In this document: piece after piece, positions 1 through 14,100 of the stretch
How the letters are laid out: every line of letters begins with the position of its first letter
How positions within the stretch are numbered: position 1 is the stretch's first letter
Assembly (NCBI GenBank): GCA_030390025.1
Contig: CM059443.1
Coordinates: forward strand, 18,476,001 to 18,540,000
Source: Squalus acanthias
Taxonomy: Eukaryota
Direction: 5' to 3'
DNA: 64,000 bases
The notes under the pieces: generated by a model
Seen by the model: the letters and a program-made list of their open reading frames with translations, nothing else
Told to the model about the DNA's origin: nothing
Database searches by the model: none
Made by a program: the position numbers and the translations under genes

Positions 1-654
1 CGCTATATTCACAAGGGTCTCCCACTGGGAGCCCGGAGCAACTGCCTGATTGAGGCAGTACATCCCTTTAATCTGTAAATCTGCATCCTATGTTGCCCAT
101 AGGACTCAACTGAGCGGGACATGCACAGATTCAGCTGGCAGTCCAGCCGAAGAGGAGCTCAGAAGATAAGTTTTTATTTATTTTTGTGGGGCCGGGCGAG
201 GATTCTTCATCTGGGCTATCAATAAACAACCTGGGCCACTGCTGCACTGGACCACCCCACCTTTCAACCTCCCCTCCATCGCACCCCACCTCCTCCATAG
301 CCCACCCAATGCATCCGTCACCCCCCCCGCCCCGCCCACGCCCAGACATTTCCTTTTCTGTCCCAGAGTCTGCAGTGTCGCCTGTTATTGTGGCAGCCTG
401 GACCCAGCAGTCTACCCCGGGGGGATTGTATTCTGCTCCCAGCCGGTCGGTCGTATGTTATTTCGTGCCGGCTCTCAAAATGCACCAGGACTGCTACCGG
501 TACTGCTGGATGATCAGTGCAAGTGATGCACCAGCCAGCCAACTAAAACCTCCACAGGGGGTAAAACTACCACAACATATCTTCAATGTATTGGAACACC
601 TGTCCCAAAGTGGCAGCACATTTAAAGGTTCATGGGTCCACTGAGAAAACAGAA

Positions 655-1365
655 CATGAGAACATAAGAAATAGGAATAGGAATAGGCCACTTGGCCCCT
701 CGAGCCTGCTCCGCCATTCAATAAGATCATGGCTGATCTTGGGCTCAAAGCCACTTCCCCGCCCGCTCCCCATAACCCTTCACTCCCTTATCTTGCAAAA
801 ATTTGTCTATCTCCACCTTAAATGTATTTAATGACCCAGCCTCTACAGCTCTCTGGGGCAGAGAATTCCACAGATTAACGACCCTCAGAAAGAAGAAATT
901 CCTCCTCATCTCAGCTCTAAAAGGGCGACCCTTTATTCTGAAACTGCGCCCCCGAGTTCTAGATTTCCCCACGGGGGGAAACATCCTCTCTGCATCTACC
1001 TTGTCGAGCCCCGTCAATAACTTATATGTTTCAATAAGATCACCTCTCATTCTTCTAAATTCCAATGAGTATAGACCCAGCCTGCTCAACCTTTCCTCAT
1101 AAGTCAACCCCCTCATCTCTGGAATTAACCTAGTGAATTGTTTCTGAATTGCCTCCAATGCAAGTATATCCTCCCTTAAATAAGGAGACCAAAACTGTAT
1201 GCAGTACTCAAGGTGTGGTCTCACCAAAACCCTCTACAGTTGTAGCAGGACTTCCCTGCTTTTATACTCAAACCCCCTTGAAATAAAGGCCAACATTCCA
1301 TTTGCCTTTTTGATTACTTGCTGTACCTGCATGCTAACTTTTTGTGTTTCATGCACAAGGACCCC
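655..1365 (-). mobile_element. 5'-truncated CR1/HER1-type LINE 3' end
   Basis: ORF 745-1227 VRPHLEYC...[12 protein letters not shown]...[14 protein letters not shown]; tail TTCTTATGTTCTCATG; TSD CAGAA (650-654 and 1366-1370); absent from the sister units at ~3725 and ~6095. Confidence 0.92.
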
Positions 1366-1374
1366 CAGAAGCTG

Positions 1375-1640
1375 GATATGCAGGTACAGCAATCAATTAG
1401 GAAAGCAAATGGTATGTTAGCCTTTATTACAAAGGATTGGAGTATATGAGTAAAGAACCTTTATTACAATTATATGGGCCCTTGGTTAGACCACACCTGA
1501 AGCACAGAGTTTTGGTCTCTTTGCTTAAGGAAGGATATACTTCCCTTACAGGGAGTGCAATGAAGGTTCACTAGACTGATTCCTGGAATGATTGTCCTGT
1601 GAGAGGAGATTGAGTAGACTAGCCTTATATTCCCTAGAAC
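1375..1640 (+). mobile_element. Old degenerate CR1 RT fragment (copies at ~3735-4000 and ~6104-6365)
   Basis: [15 protein letters not shown]...LVRPHL...LRKDIL remnants with frameshifts, duplicated with the class B unit. Confidence 0.75.
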
Positions 1641-1836
1641 TATACCTGAGAAGGAAAACTCTTAAATGATGCTGGGAAAGAGCAGAGAAATGATACAGTA
1701 TATAGACAGATAGCTCTATTGTGGAGATAACACTGGCACATGGATGTGGAGGTAAAAGATATATTTCTGTGGTGGAGCTTCTAAGATTCAATGATTAAAT
1801 GAAAAAAATGAGGACAAAATACAGAATAACTCTTAC

Positions 1837-2128
1837 CTTAAGGAGATTACTTTGCAGTCTGTAAACTCGGTGTTTATATCACTTTTATTATACATGGTAT
1901 TGAGCTGCAAGAAAGATATTTTCAGTGTTTCATTAAAATGAATATATTAAGTGATCAGAAAATCATTTAAATAAATATTGCTCTAATGGTGTACCTGATA
2001 AGAAATAATAGTTGATGCTGATTGGTACAAGAGTGACGTGTGGTCATGTAGTGATTCCATGAATGGCAAACTTGTTATAATGAAGGTCACATTAAACCCA
2101 GGTGGCGTTTGGTTCTCATTTGGTGCTT
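1837..2128 (-). CDS. MUC16: SEA cassette 20 (class B, partial; exons C and D lie beyond the window start)
   Basis: Exons 1995-2128 and 1837-1904; the following intron runs off position 1. Confidence 0.86.
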
Positions 2129-5100
2129 CTGCGAGAAAGCAAGAGAATTGTATAATGAAATAAACAATCCAGCTGTATTGCTGATCTATTTTACAGTTCC
2201 GTTTGTGCTGTAGACAAACCATGCAAAACAAAAGACTCTGAAAGGCATAAACTGAATGTTGCAACATTTAACTGAAAATATCAAACTTTGTTCGAACTGA
2301 ATGATTGCTTAGTGTGAAAAGTGAGCACAAAATAACAGAAATCATACTCACTGGTTGGAGGAGTTGATTCATGATAGTCTGCAAAAAGAATAGCGTAATT
2401 TAATGAATTGGAACTTTCTTCAATATGTTTCATGTGTTTGGTGCAATAATCTTATTGCAGCGAGAAAAGCCTTGAGCACTTGATAAGATATAAAAGGTAA
2501 CAATGCAGTGCCACACTCCCAGTGGGGAAGCTAATTCAAAGGGAATTCCGTTCGGAGATAGCACAACATCATTGAAGTACAGATTATCTCTCCCTGTGAA
2601 CATAGGTCCCCACTGAGATTCCAGGATGGTTTCTGCAGTATAAAGTGAAATAACCAGACAGTTCATACCATTTACGTAGAGACTGTTCTTGTCCAGATGA
2701 TAAGGTCCCAAAGTAGTGATGTTCTTTGCGTTGTAATTGAACTGATGGTACACAGTAACTCTATCAACTTTCTCTGTAGCAGAATTCTTGTCGAAAGAAC
2801 AGATTGCATACACTTTGGTCTTCTGACTGCTCGTAGCACTGCCAAACAAGAAAATAACAACAGTTAATGAATCATATAACAGAATTTTGAAGTAAGATTG
2901 GCGATGAGACCAACTGAATATTGCTACTCACCAGAATTGATCAATACTCTTTGTAAATGTTTGGATACTTGTTTTGATTGAAACTATTATTAAAAAATCT
3001 AGAAACTAAAATTATTCAACGTGAGCAGCGCCCCAGAAATGGTGGGTCTGACCCCGTTCGTGCCGACCAATAACCAGCGCTATATTCACAAGGGTCTCCC
3101 ACTGGGAGCCCGGAGCAACTGCCTGATTGAGGCAGTACATCCCTTTAATCTGTAAATCTGCATCCTATGTTGCCAATAGGACTCAACTGAGCGGGGCATG
3201 CACAGATTCAGCTGGCAGTCCAGCTGAAGAGGAGCTCAGAAGATAAGTTTTTATTTATTTTTGTGGGGTCGGGGCGAGGATTCTTCATCTGGGCTACCAA
3301 TAAACAACCTGGGCCGCTGCTGCACTGGACCACCCCACTTTCAACCTCCCCTCCATCGCACCCCACCTCCTCCATAGCCCACCAAATGCATCCCCCCGCC
3401 CCGCTCCGCACCCAGACATTTCCTTTTCTGTCCCAGAGTCTGTAGTGTCGCCTGTTATTGTGGCAGCCTGGACCCAGCAGTCTACCCCGGGGAGATTGTA
3501 TTCTGCTCCCAGCCGGTCAGGTCGTATGTTATTGCGTGCCGACTCTCAAAATGCACCAGGACTGCTACCGGTACTGCTGGATGATCAGTGCAAGTGATGC
3601 ACCAGCCAGCCAACTAAAACCTCCACAGGGGGTAAAACTACCACAACTATTCTTCAACGGATTGGAACAGCAAAGTCCCAAAGTGACAGCACATTTAAAG
3701 GTTCATGGGCCAACTGAGATAACAGCACCTGGAAATGCAGGTACAGCAACCAATTAGGAAAGCATATGGTATGCTAGCCTTTCTTACAAAGGATTGGAGT
3801 ATACGAGTAAAGAACCCTTACTACAATTATGTAGGCCCTTGGTTAGACCACACCTGGAGCACAGAGTTTTGGTCTCTTTGCCTAAGGAAGGATTTACTTC
3901 CCTTACAGGGAGTGCAATGAAGGTTCACAAGACTGATTCCTGGAATGATTGTCCTGTGAGAGGAGATTGAGTAGATTAGTCTTATATTCCCGAGAACTAC
4001 ACCTGAGAAGGAAAACTGTTAAATGATGTTGGGAAAGAGCAGAGAAATGATACAGTATATGGACAGATAGATCTATTGTGGAGATAACACTGGCACATGG
4101 ATGCGAAGGTAAAATTTATATTTCTGTGGTGGAGCTTCTACGATTCAATGATTAAATGAAAAAAATGAGGACAAAAATACAGAATTACTCTTACCTTAAG
4201 GAGATTACTTTGCAGTCTGTAAACTTGGTGTTTATATCACTTTTATTATACATGGTATTGAGCTGCAAGAAAGATATTTTCAGTGTTTCAATAAAATGAA
4301 TATATTAAATGATCAGAAAATCATTTTAATAAATATTGCTCTGATGGTGTACCTGATGAGAAATAATAGTTGATGCTGATTGGTACAAGAGTGACGTGTG
4401 GTCATGTAGTGATTCCATGAATGGCAAACTTGTTATAATGAAGGTCACATTAAACCCAGGTGGCGTTTGGTTCTCATTTGGTGCTTCTGCGAGAAAGCAA
4501 GAGAATTGTATAATGAAATAAACAATCCAGCTGTATTGCTGATCTATTTTACAGTTCCGTTTGTGCTGTCGACAAACCATGCAAAACAAAAGGGACTAAA
4601 AGGCATAAACTGAATGTTGCATCATTTAACTGAAAATATCAAACTTTGTTCGAACTGAATGATTGCTTAGCGTGAAAAGTGAGCACAAAATAACAGAAAT
4701 CATACTCACTGGTTGGAGGAGTTGATTCATGATAGTCTGAAAAAAGAATAGCGTAATTTAATCAATTGGAACTTCCCTCAATGTACTATGAAATGTTTCA
4801 TGTGTTTGGTGCAATAATCTTATTGCAGCGAGAAAAGCCTTGAGCACTTGATAAGATATAAAAGGCAACAATGCAGTGCCACACTCCCAAAAGGGAATTC
4901 CGTTCGGAGATAGCACAACATCATTGAATTACAGATTATCCGAGCCGCCCTCCCTGTGAACACAGGTCCCCACTGAGATTCCAAGATGGTTTCTACAGTA
5001 TAATGTAAAATAACCAGACAGTTCATACCATTTACGTAGAGACTGTTCTTGTCCAGAGAATAAGGTCCCAATGTAGTGATGTTCTTTGCGTTGTAATTGA

Positions 5101-8100
5101 ACTGATGGTACACAGTAACTCTATCAACTTTTTCCGTAGTAGAATTCTTGTCGAAAGAACAGATTGCATACACTTTGGTCTTCTGACTGCTCGTAGCACT
5201 GCCAAACAAGAAAATAACAACAGTTAATGAATCATATAACAGAAATTTGAAGTAAGATTGGCGATGAGACCAACTGAATATTGCTACTCACCAGAATTGA
5301 TCAATACTCTTTGTAAATGTTTGGATACTTGTTTTGATTGAAACTATTATTTAAAAATCTAGAAACTAAAATTACTCAACATGTGCAGCGCCCCAGAAAT
5401 GGTGGGTCTGACCCCGTTCGTGCCGACCAATAACCAGCGCTATATTCACAAGGGTCTCCCACTGGGAGCCCGGAGCAACTGCCTGATTGAGGCAGTACAT
5501 CCCTTTAATCTGTAAATCTGCATCTTATGTTGCCCATAGGACTCAACTGAGCGGGACATGCACAGATTCAGCTGGCAGTCCAGCCGAAGAGGAGCTCAGA
5601 AGATAAGTTTTTATTTATTTTTGTGGGGTCGGGGCGAGGATTCTTCATCTGGGCTATCAATAAACAACCTGGGCCACTGCTGCACTGGACCACCCCACCT
5701 TTGAACCTCCCCTCCATCGCACCCCACCTCCTCCATAGCCCATCAAATGCATCCGCCACCGCCGCCCCCGCCCCGCCCCACGCCCAGACATTTCCTTTTC
5801 TGTCCCAGAGTCTGCAGGGTTGCCTGTTATTGTGGCAGCCTGGACCCAGCAGTCTACCCCGGGGGGATTGTATTCTGCTCCCAGCCGGTCGGTCGTATGT
5901 TATTTAGTGCCGACTCTCAAAATGCACCAGGACTGCTACCGGTACTGCTGGATGATCAGTGCAAGTGATGCACCAGGCAGCCAACTAAAACCTCCACAGG
6001 GGGTAAAACTACCACAACATTTCTTCAATGGATTGGAACACCTGTCCCAAAGTGACAGCACATTTAAAGGTTCATGGGACAACTGAGATAACAGCACCTG
6101 GACATGCAGGTACAGCAACCAATTAGGAAAGCTAATGCTATGTTAGCCTTAATTACAAAGGATTGGAGTATACGAGTAAAGAACCCTTACTACAATTATA
6201 TAGGCCCTTGGTTAGACCACACCTGGAGCACAGAGTTTTGGTCTCTTTGCCTAAGGAAGGATATACTTCCCTTACAGGGAGTGCAATGAAGGTTCACTAG
6301 ACTGATTCCTGGGATGATTGTCCTATGAGAGGAGTTTGAGTAGATTAGTCTTATATTCCCTAGAACTATACCTGAGAAGGAAAACTGTTAAATGATGCTG
6401 GGAAAGAGCAGAGAAATGATATATGGACAGATAGCTCTATTGTGGAGATAACAATGGCACATGGATGCGGAGGTAAAATATATATTTCTGTGGTGATGCT
6501 TCTAAGATTCAATGATTAAATGAAAAAAATGAGGACAAAAATACAGAATAACTCTTACCTTAAGGAGATTACTTTGCATTCTGTAAACTTGGTGTTTATA
6601 TCACTTTTATTATACATGGTATTGAGCTGCAAGAAAGATATTTTCAGTGTTTCAATAAAATGAATATATTAAATGATCAGGAAATCATTTTAATAAATAT
6701 TTCTCTGATGGTGTACCTGATGAGAAATAATAGTTGATGCTGATTGGTACAAGAGTGACGTGCGGTCATGTAGTGATTCCATGAATGGCAAACTTGTTAT
6801 AGTGAAGGTCACATTAAACCCAGGTGGCGATGGGTTTTCTTTTGGTGCTTCTGCGAGAAAGCAAGAGAATTGTATAATGAAATAAACAATCCAGCTGTAT
6901 TGCTGATCTATCCACAATTCCGTTTGTGCTATAGACAAACCATGCAAAACAAAAGGGACTAAAAGGTATAAACTGAATGTGGCAACATTTAACTGAAAAT
7001 ATCAAACTTTGTTCGAACTGAATGATTGCTTAGCGTGAAAAGTGAGCATAAGAAGTGTTCAGTTGAATTCAATTAATTACAGAACTATGAGGAAAGCTAA
7101 GCACGTTGTTAACATAATCAAGAATGCATATGAAATGGTAGTACAGAAGTGTAAACACATGGATCCAACAGAAATCATACTCACTGGTTGGCGGTGTTGA
7201 TTCATGATAGTCTGAAAAAAGAATAGTGTAATTTAATCAATTAGAACTTTCCTCAATATACTATGAAGTGTTCCATGTGTTTGGTGCAATAATCTTGTTG
7301 AAGTGAGAAAAGCCTTGAACACTTGATAAGATATAAAAGGTAACAATGCAGTGCCACACTCCCAGGGGGGAAGCTGAATTCAAAGGGAATTCCATTCGGA
7401 GATAGCACAACATCATCCAAGTACAGATTATCTGACCCGCCCTCCCTGTGAACACAGTTCCCCACTGAGATTCCAGAATGGTTTCTGCAGTATAATGTAA
7501 AATAACAAGACAGATCATACCATTTACGTAGAGACTGTTCTTGTCCAGAGAATAAGGTTCCAAAGTAGTGATGCTGTTTGTTTTGTCACTGAACTGATGG
7601 TACACAGTAACTCTATCAACCTTCCCGGCTGTTGAATTATTGTTGAAAGCACAGATTGCATACACTTCGGTCTTCTGACTGCTCGTTTCACTGGTAATCG
7701 AGAAAATAATAGTTAAACATTTGTTAAAATAACATTGGTTACCTTTGGACATCAAGTCAGGTATGTGTTTTTGTTTAAACAATTTTTTAAAAAGTTAAAT
7801 AATTTATAATTATTTCCCTATTTTCTGGAACTTTAAGTGGGCCCCCTGTGCTACCAGATTAAACAATCTGTGAGCTCCACCCAATGTAATAGACTTATTT
7901 CTGGAGTGTGATGAAAACAAGTCGTTCAGTGTTTAACTACAGTATCACAGTGGGGAATTTGTAATGTGCTCTATTTAGGAAACAACAGTAAAGTGACATT
8001 GCACTCAGCTCTTAAAAGATTGAAATTGGAAACAAAAGCATATTCAGAGCTAAGAGTCTGATGTGAACTCGATCACAGTGAACAATATGCTATATAATAA

Positions 8101-11100
8101 TCAGCATGACTAAAAATTACCAGCAAAAATATTCAAAATTATTTCATATCTAGTACATGAGGGCAGATTGAAAATATGCGTTCCATCATTTATAATGCAA
8201 GTATTGATTAAATAACAGTTCTTACCTTAAAGAGCCTACTATACATTTTGAAAATGCTGCTTTTATATTGCTTTTGCGATATAATTTATTCAGCTGCAAG
8301 AAGAATGTGTTCAGAGTTTAGTGGGATAAATATACTAAATGATAACCAAAACATTTTAATAGTTATTGTTTTCCTGGAGTACCTGATAAGTAATAATGCG
8401 TGATGCAGAGCGGTATAGTGCTGATGTGTCGTCGTGTAGATGCTCTATGATTGGCAGGTTATTTATGATGAAAGTCACGTTAAAACTAGACGGTATCTGG
8501 CTCTGAGTTGGATCTGCTGTTGCAGGTACAATTGGTGCTTCCGCTAGAAAGGAAGAAGAGCACATGATTAAACCCAAAATACATGTGTATTGCAGGTCCT
8601 ACTTCATCTGTATTACAGATAGAAAAATAAATTAAAGTGCAATTTAAGCGCTGTTGTGCTGCACATCGGGAATTACAGTCAAACAGACCGCAGGGCAGTG
8701 AATCAGGACATCAGTGTTGTCTCAAGAACTTCAATCCAAGCTCCCATCAAGCACAATCTTCTCCTGAAAGCGCAGAAACACTGAATATACAGTAAACAGA
8801 TCTAACAAAAATGCATAACCTCTACATGGCAGCATTTTACCATTGTGAAATTAGGCATTGGTGTACTATTGGTGTGCATTTTCACCAGTTTGTATTGGCA
8901 ATTTCGCATGGGCATGTAACTTTCAAATGATATCCATTCTGACAAAATTATGAGCAACTATGAAACATTCACTGAGCCATCATTCAACAATAAAGGGGCT
9001 GACAGTCCTCGGAGCTAACAGAACATGTATTCACACCAATAATTATTCAAAAATTCCCAAAATAATGCTAAAACCTTTATCAAACCCAAGTCCAACAGCA
9101 CTCCGTGTGCTTAGATTTTCAATAATGTACTGAATAAGTAAACTTTTCTCAACAAATAAAAGAGAAAGGATACTCACTGATCAGAGGAGTTGATTCATGA
9201 TAATCTGGAAATAAAAGAAGATGATGCTGTCACTACAAATTAACAAAACTCACCGCTTGGCCGAAAAGTACAAAATTCAATATCAATCGTTTATTTGGAG
9301 CATTACATAATGTGAGAGACATTAAGATGGAACTGACAAGTTTACAATTATAAAAGATTCTAAATTATTAATAATTCAAAATCAGTATTTGCATCTGTTC
9401 CATACTTAGATGACATTAACTTGTTACTTCCTGGATGGTAAGTGATCACAAACTTTTAGACTCAGGGCCCACACTATAAATATATAAATAGTAGGAATTG
9501 GTCAGTAATTGTATTTGAGGACAAAAAGTAGGCATAACACGAGATTCAAGCAACCCAGTCTACTTGATCTGCCAACTGACAGGATAAAGTGTTGGAGGAT
9601 TATTTGTGACCTTGTTTTGTCCAGGAGATTACAATGGTTTAAAAGCTTGAATATGGGCTGAAAGAAGCAAGCACTGCTAAAAATTTAGGAATTTAGACGG
9701 GACATGCGAGAGTGAGTCTGTTATGGAAAATATTTCAAATTGACATTTTGCTTCACTGGCTACATGGCCTTGTAGGTGCAAATAGCCCTTTGCAATCGAC
9801 ATGATAAAAGTTAATGTATTTTGCACAAACTGTAACATGGGTATCATAAAGGGAGCTACTAAAAATAACAATTGGATAAGTACCATTTACATAGAGGCTG
9901 TCGTCCAATGCATATGGCCCCAAGTTAGAAATGTCCTTGGTCTTGTTTTCAAACACATGATACACAAGTACTCTGTCGAGCTCCTCTACGGTAGAATCAT
10001 TTTGGAATGAACAGATTGCAGTCACTGTGGTGCTGTTACCATTTACCGCACTGCAGAAAAATAAAAGTAGTTTAATATTAGCAGCAAATAATTTGCATCA
10101 ACATAGTTTGTTAGGTCACTAAGACAAGAATGATTAAGTCGTTGTTGGTCAAATGGTCAGCAAAGAAACCCTCGGTGGGATTAATATTTCTCTCCGCGAC
10201 ATTTCTTTGCAGGGAATATTCTTTGGGCATTCTGGATAACTGTGAATTTTACATAAAGTGTAATACTCTAACAATAAGACTAAAAATGAAGGAAGTTTTA
10301 AATATTTAGTATGAATGGTAATATTTCTTACCTGAATGTATCTACTTTGCAACTTGAGAATGTTGCATTTATGCTGCTGTTCTTAAACAGGTCATTGAGC
10401 TATCGGGAAATAACAGAGTTAGCTTTAGATAGAGGAACAAAAGAAATTATGGTCTAATACTCCTCCACAAAACCTACTTGTACAACTCTCTCACCTCATT
10501 TGCAATCATAATTGTGTGGTTAGAGGAGTTTGACTGAATTTCTTGGAATGCTGGACTGTTTACAATGAATGTCACATTATAGTCAATAGGTTTTGGTTCC
10601 TCGGTTGGAGTCTGTGTTACAGTTACAACTGGTATTGCAGCTGTGGAAAGAGAGGAAAGCATTTTAGTGCACAGAAAGAACAAGAATGAGAATATAGTGA
10701 AAGAAGTATTTCCCACTTCTGAAAGGTTAGACAGCTTAACCAGCGCAATGGGGAGATCCCAAAGCAAGTTGATTCCAATATTTAATTTTTGTTAAATGGA
10801 CTCCTGCTCCATGATCTGACCAGGACCATATCTCAATCACTCTTGAAACACTTAATTGATCTGAAGCTATCCAACCAGTTTTTGGTTCTTTGACAAATGC
10901 AAGCTGTTTTCTTCAAGCAAATAAATATGTTACCTCATCTATTTATTATTCAATATCAAGCCCAAAATAACCTGGTGAACCTATTTATGAAATATTCAGT
11001 AAATCATAACACAATCTTTACCTAAACTGATCTAACCAGAATAAGCTTGCTTAGATTGTCAGTGATGTAATGAATAGGCAAATGTTTCCTAAGAAATTGA

Positions 11101-14100
11101 AAAGAAACCATACTCACTGGTTGCAAGAGGTGATTCATGGTAATCTGAAAATATAAATGGAGTGTGCTGTCACAGAAAGTTATCACAAGTCATCATTCTG
11201 CTCAAATATACAATAATTGATGTCACCCATTAATTGCAACTAATCTGACCAATGTCAAATTTCCAAGGACAGAAGATATCAATGCGAATAGTTTGGCATT
11301 TTAGACTGCACATGCGGGAGTGAGTCTGATATGGAAAACACTTCATTATATTGTCAGATGCTGATGTCAATTAATAACTCCATGCTTGAAGAAGAGCAGA
11401 CAGATAAGTAAATGCAGGAACCTCTTACTAGTCTTCCTTCTCATTGCTTGCTTCATGGGTAGAGGCAAACAGAGTGACTGGTGAGTCTCTCTTGTGAAAA
11501 AAGTTAATCCAAATTCAAAATTTGGCTAAACAGCTCAGAATTGTTTTATTTTGCAACAGATTGTGTAATTGTGTGAAAATATATTTGTTTTCCAATTACT
11601 TTGCTTCATCATTAACCCGATTCATAGTTTGTTGCATTAGATACACGTTAATGTTGTTTGCTGCTCAGAGAGGTATAGTGGTAATATATATCTTTTCCAG
11701 GGTGTGTTTTGTCAGTAAAAAAAAAAGTTGTGCTGTTCATTCTAGGACTCAGTATCCCAGACCAAATAACAGCTAAGCTGATCAATTGCTTCATTGGATA
11801 CTTGGCCTTGCAGGTGCAAGTGGTGCTTTGAACTCTGCGTTAGAAATGTTTCTGTACGCAGCCCAAACTGTAGCACATGTACCATACAAAAAGCAATACT
11901 AAATAATTACTGGATAAGTACCATTTACATAGAGGCTGTAATTGTCCAATGCATATGGCCCCAAGTTAGAAATGTCCTTGGTCTTGTTTTCAAACACATG
12001 ATACACAAGTACTCTGTCGAGCTCCTCAACGGTAGAATCATTTTGGAATGAACAGATTGCAGTCACTGTGGTGCTGTTACCATTTACCGCACTGCAGAAA
12101 AACAAAAGAAGTTTAATATTAGCAGCAAATAATTAGCCACAACATAGTTTGTGAGGTCACTAAGACAAGAATGATTAAGTCGTTGTTGGTCAAATGGTCA
12201 GCAAAGAAACCCTCGGTGGGATTAATATTTCTCTCCGCGACATTTCTTTGCAGGGAATATTCTTTGGGCATTCTGGATAACTGTGAATTTTACATAAAGT
12301 GCAAAACTCTAACAATAAGACTAAAAATGAAGGAAGTTTTAAATATTTAGTATGAATGGTAATATTTCTTACCTGAATGTATCTACTTTGCAACTTGAGA
12401 ATGTTGCATTTATGCTGCTGTTCTTAAACAGGTCATTGAGCTATCGGGAAATAACAGAGTTAGCTTTAGATAGAGGAACAAAAGAAATTATGGTCTAATA
12501 CTCCTCCACAAAACCTACTTGTACAACTCTCTCACCTCATTTGCAATCATAATTGTGTGGTTAGAGGAGTTTGACTGAATTTCTTGGAATGCTGGACTGT
12601 TTACAATAAATGTCACATTATAGTCAATAGGTTTTGATTCCTCGATCGCAGGCTGTGTTACAGTTACAACTGGTATTGCAGCTGTGGAAAGAGAGGAAAG
12701 CATTTTAGTGCACAGAAAGAACAAGAATGAGAATATAGTGAAAGAAGTATTTCCCACTTCTGAAAGGTTAGACTGCTTAACCAGCGCAATGGGGAAATCC
12801 CAAGGCAAGTTGATTCCAATATTTAATTTTTGTTCAATGGACTCCTGCTCCATGATCTGACCAGGAACATATGTCAATCACTCTTGAAACACTTCATTAA
12901 TCTGAAGCTATCCAACCAATTTTTGGTTCTTTGACAAATGCAAGCTGTTTTCTTCAAGCAAATAAATATGTTATCTCAGGTATTTATTAATCAATATTAA
13001 GCCCCAAATAACCTGGTGAACCTATTAATGAAATATTCAGTAAATCATAACACAATCTTTACCAAATCTGATCTAACCAGAATAAGCTTGCTTAGATTGT
13101 CAGTGATGTAATGAATATGCAAACCTTTCCTAAGAAATTGAAAAGAAGCCATACTCACTGGTTACAGGAGGTGATTCATGGTAATCTGAAAATATAAAGA
13201 GATTGTGCTGTCACAGAAAGTTATCACAAATCATCATTCTGCTCAAATATACAATAATTGATGTCACCCATTCATTGCAATTAATCTGACCAATGTCAAA
13301 TCTCCAAGGACAGGAGGTATCAATGCGAATAGTATGGAATTTTAGACTGCACATGCAGGAGTGAGTCTGATATGGAAGAAACTTCAATTATATTGTCAGA
13401 TGCTGCTGTCAATTGATAGCTCCATGCTCGAAGAAGAGCAGACAGATAAGTAAATATAGGAACCTCTTACAAGTCTTCCTTCTCATTGCTTGCTTCATGG
13501 GTAGAGGGAAACAGAATGACTGGTGAGTCTCTCTTGTGAAAGAAGTTAATCCAATTCGAAATTTGGCTAAACAGCTCAGAATTGTTTTATTTTGCAACAG
13601 ATTGTGTAATTGTGTGAAAATGTATTTGTTTTCCTTTTTGTTGCTTCATCATTAACCCGATTCATAGTTTGCTGCCTTAGATACACGTTAATGTTGTTTG
13701 CTGCTCAGAGAGGTATAGTGGTAATATATATCTTTCCCAGGATGAGTGCTATCAGTAAAAAAAAAAGTTGCACTATTCAATCTAGGACTCAGTATCTAAG
13801 ACCAAATAACAGCTAAGCTGATCAATTCCTTCATTGGATACTTTGCCTTGCAGGTGCAACTCGTGCTTTGAACTCTGCGTTAGTAATGTTTCTGTACGCT
13901 GCCCAAACTGTAGCACATGTACCATACAAAGAGCTACACTAAATAATTACTGGATAAGTACCATTTACATAGAGGCTGTAGTTGTCCAATGCATATGGCC
14001 CCAAGTTAGAAATGTCCTTGGTCTTGTTTTCAAACACATGATACACAAGTACTCTGTCGAGCTCCTCAACGGTAGAATCATTTTGGAATGAACAGATTGC

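Larger units (their letters stand above)
1..7050. repeat. Tandem array of ~2.36-kb units (class B), continuing off the window start
   Basis: Exon A at 1995, 4353 and 6717 (offsets 2358 and 2364); introns are shared. Confidence 0.93.

Noticed and set aside
131-831. Pro-rich ORFs in the GC-rich segment (also ~3208-3757 and ~5568-6118)
   Set aside because: Frames differ among the three copies because of C-run indels; intronic, with no recognisable motif.
8226-8293. SEA autoproteolysis site (GS in CIVGSL)
   Set aside because: Not the G-S-V-V-V consensus or position; MUC16-type repeats generally lack it.
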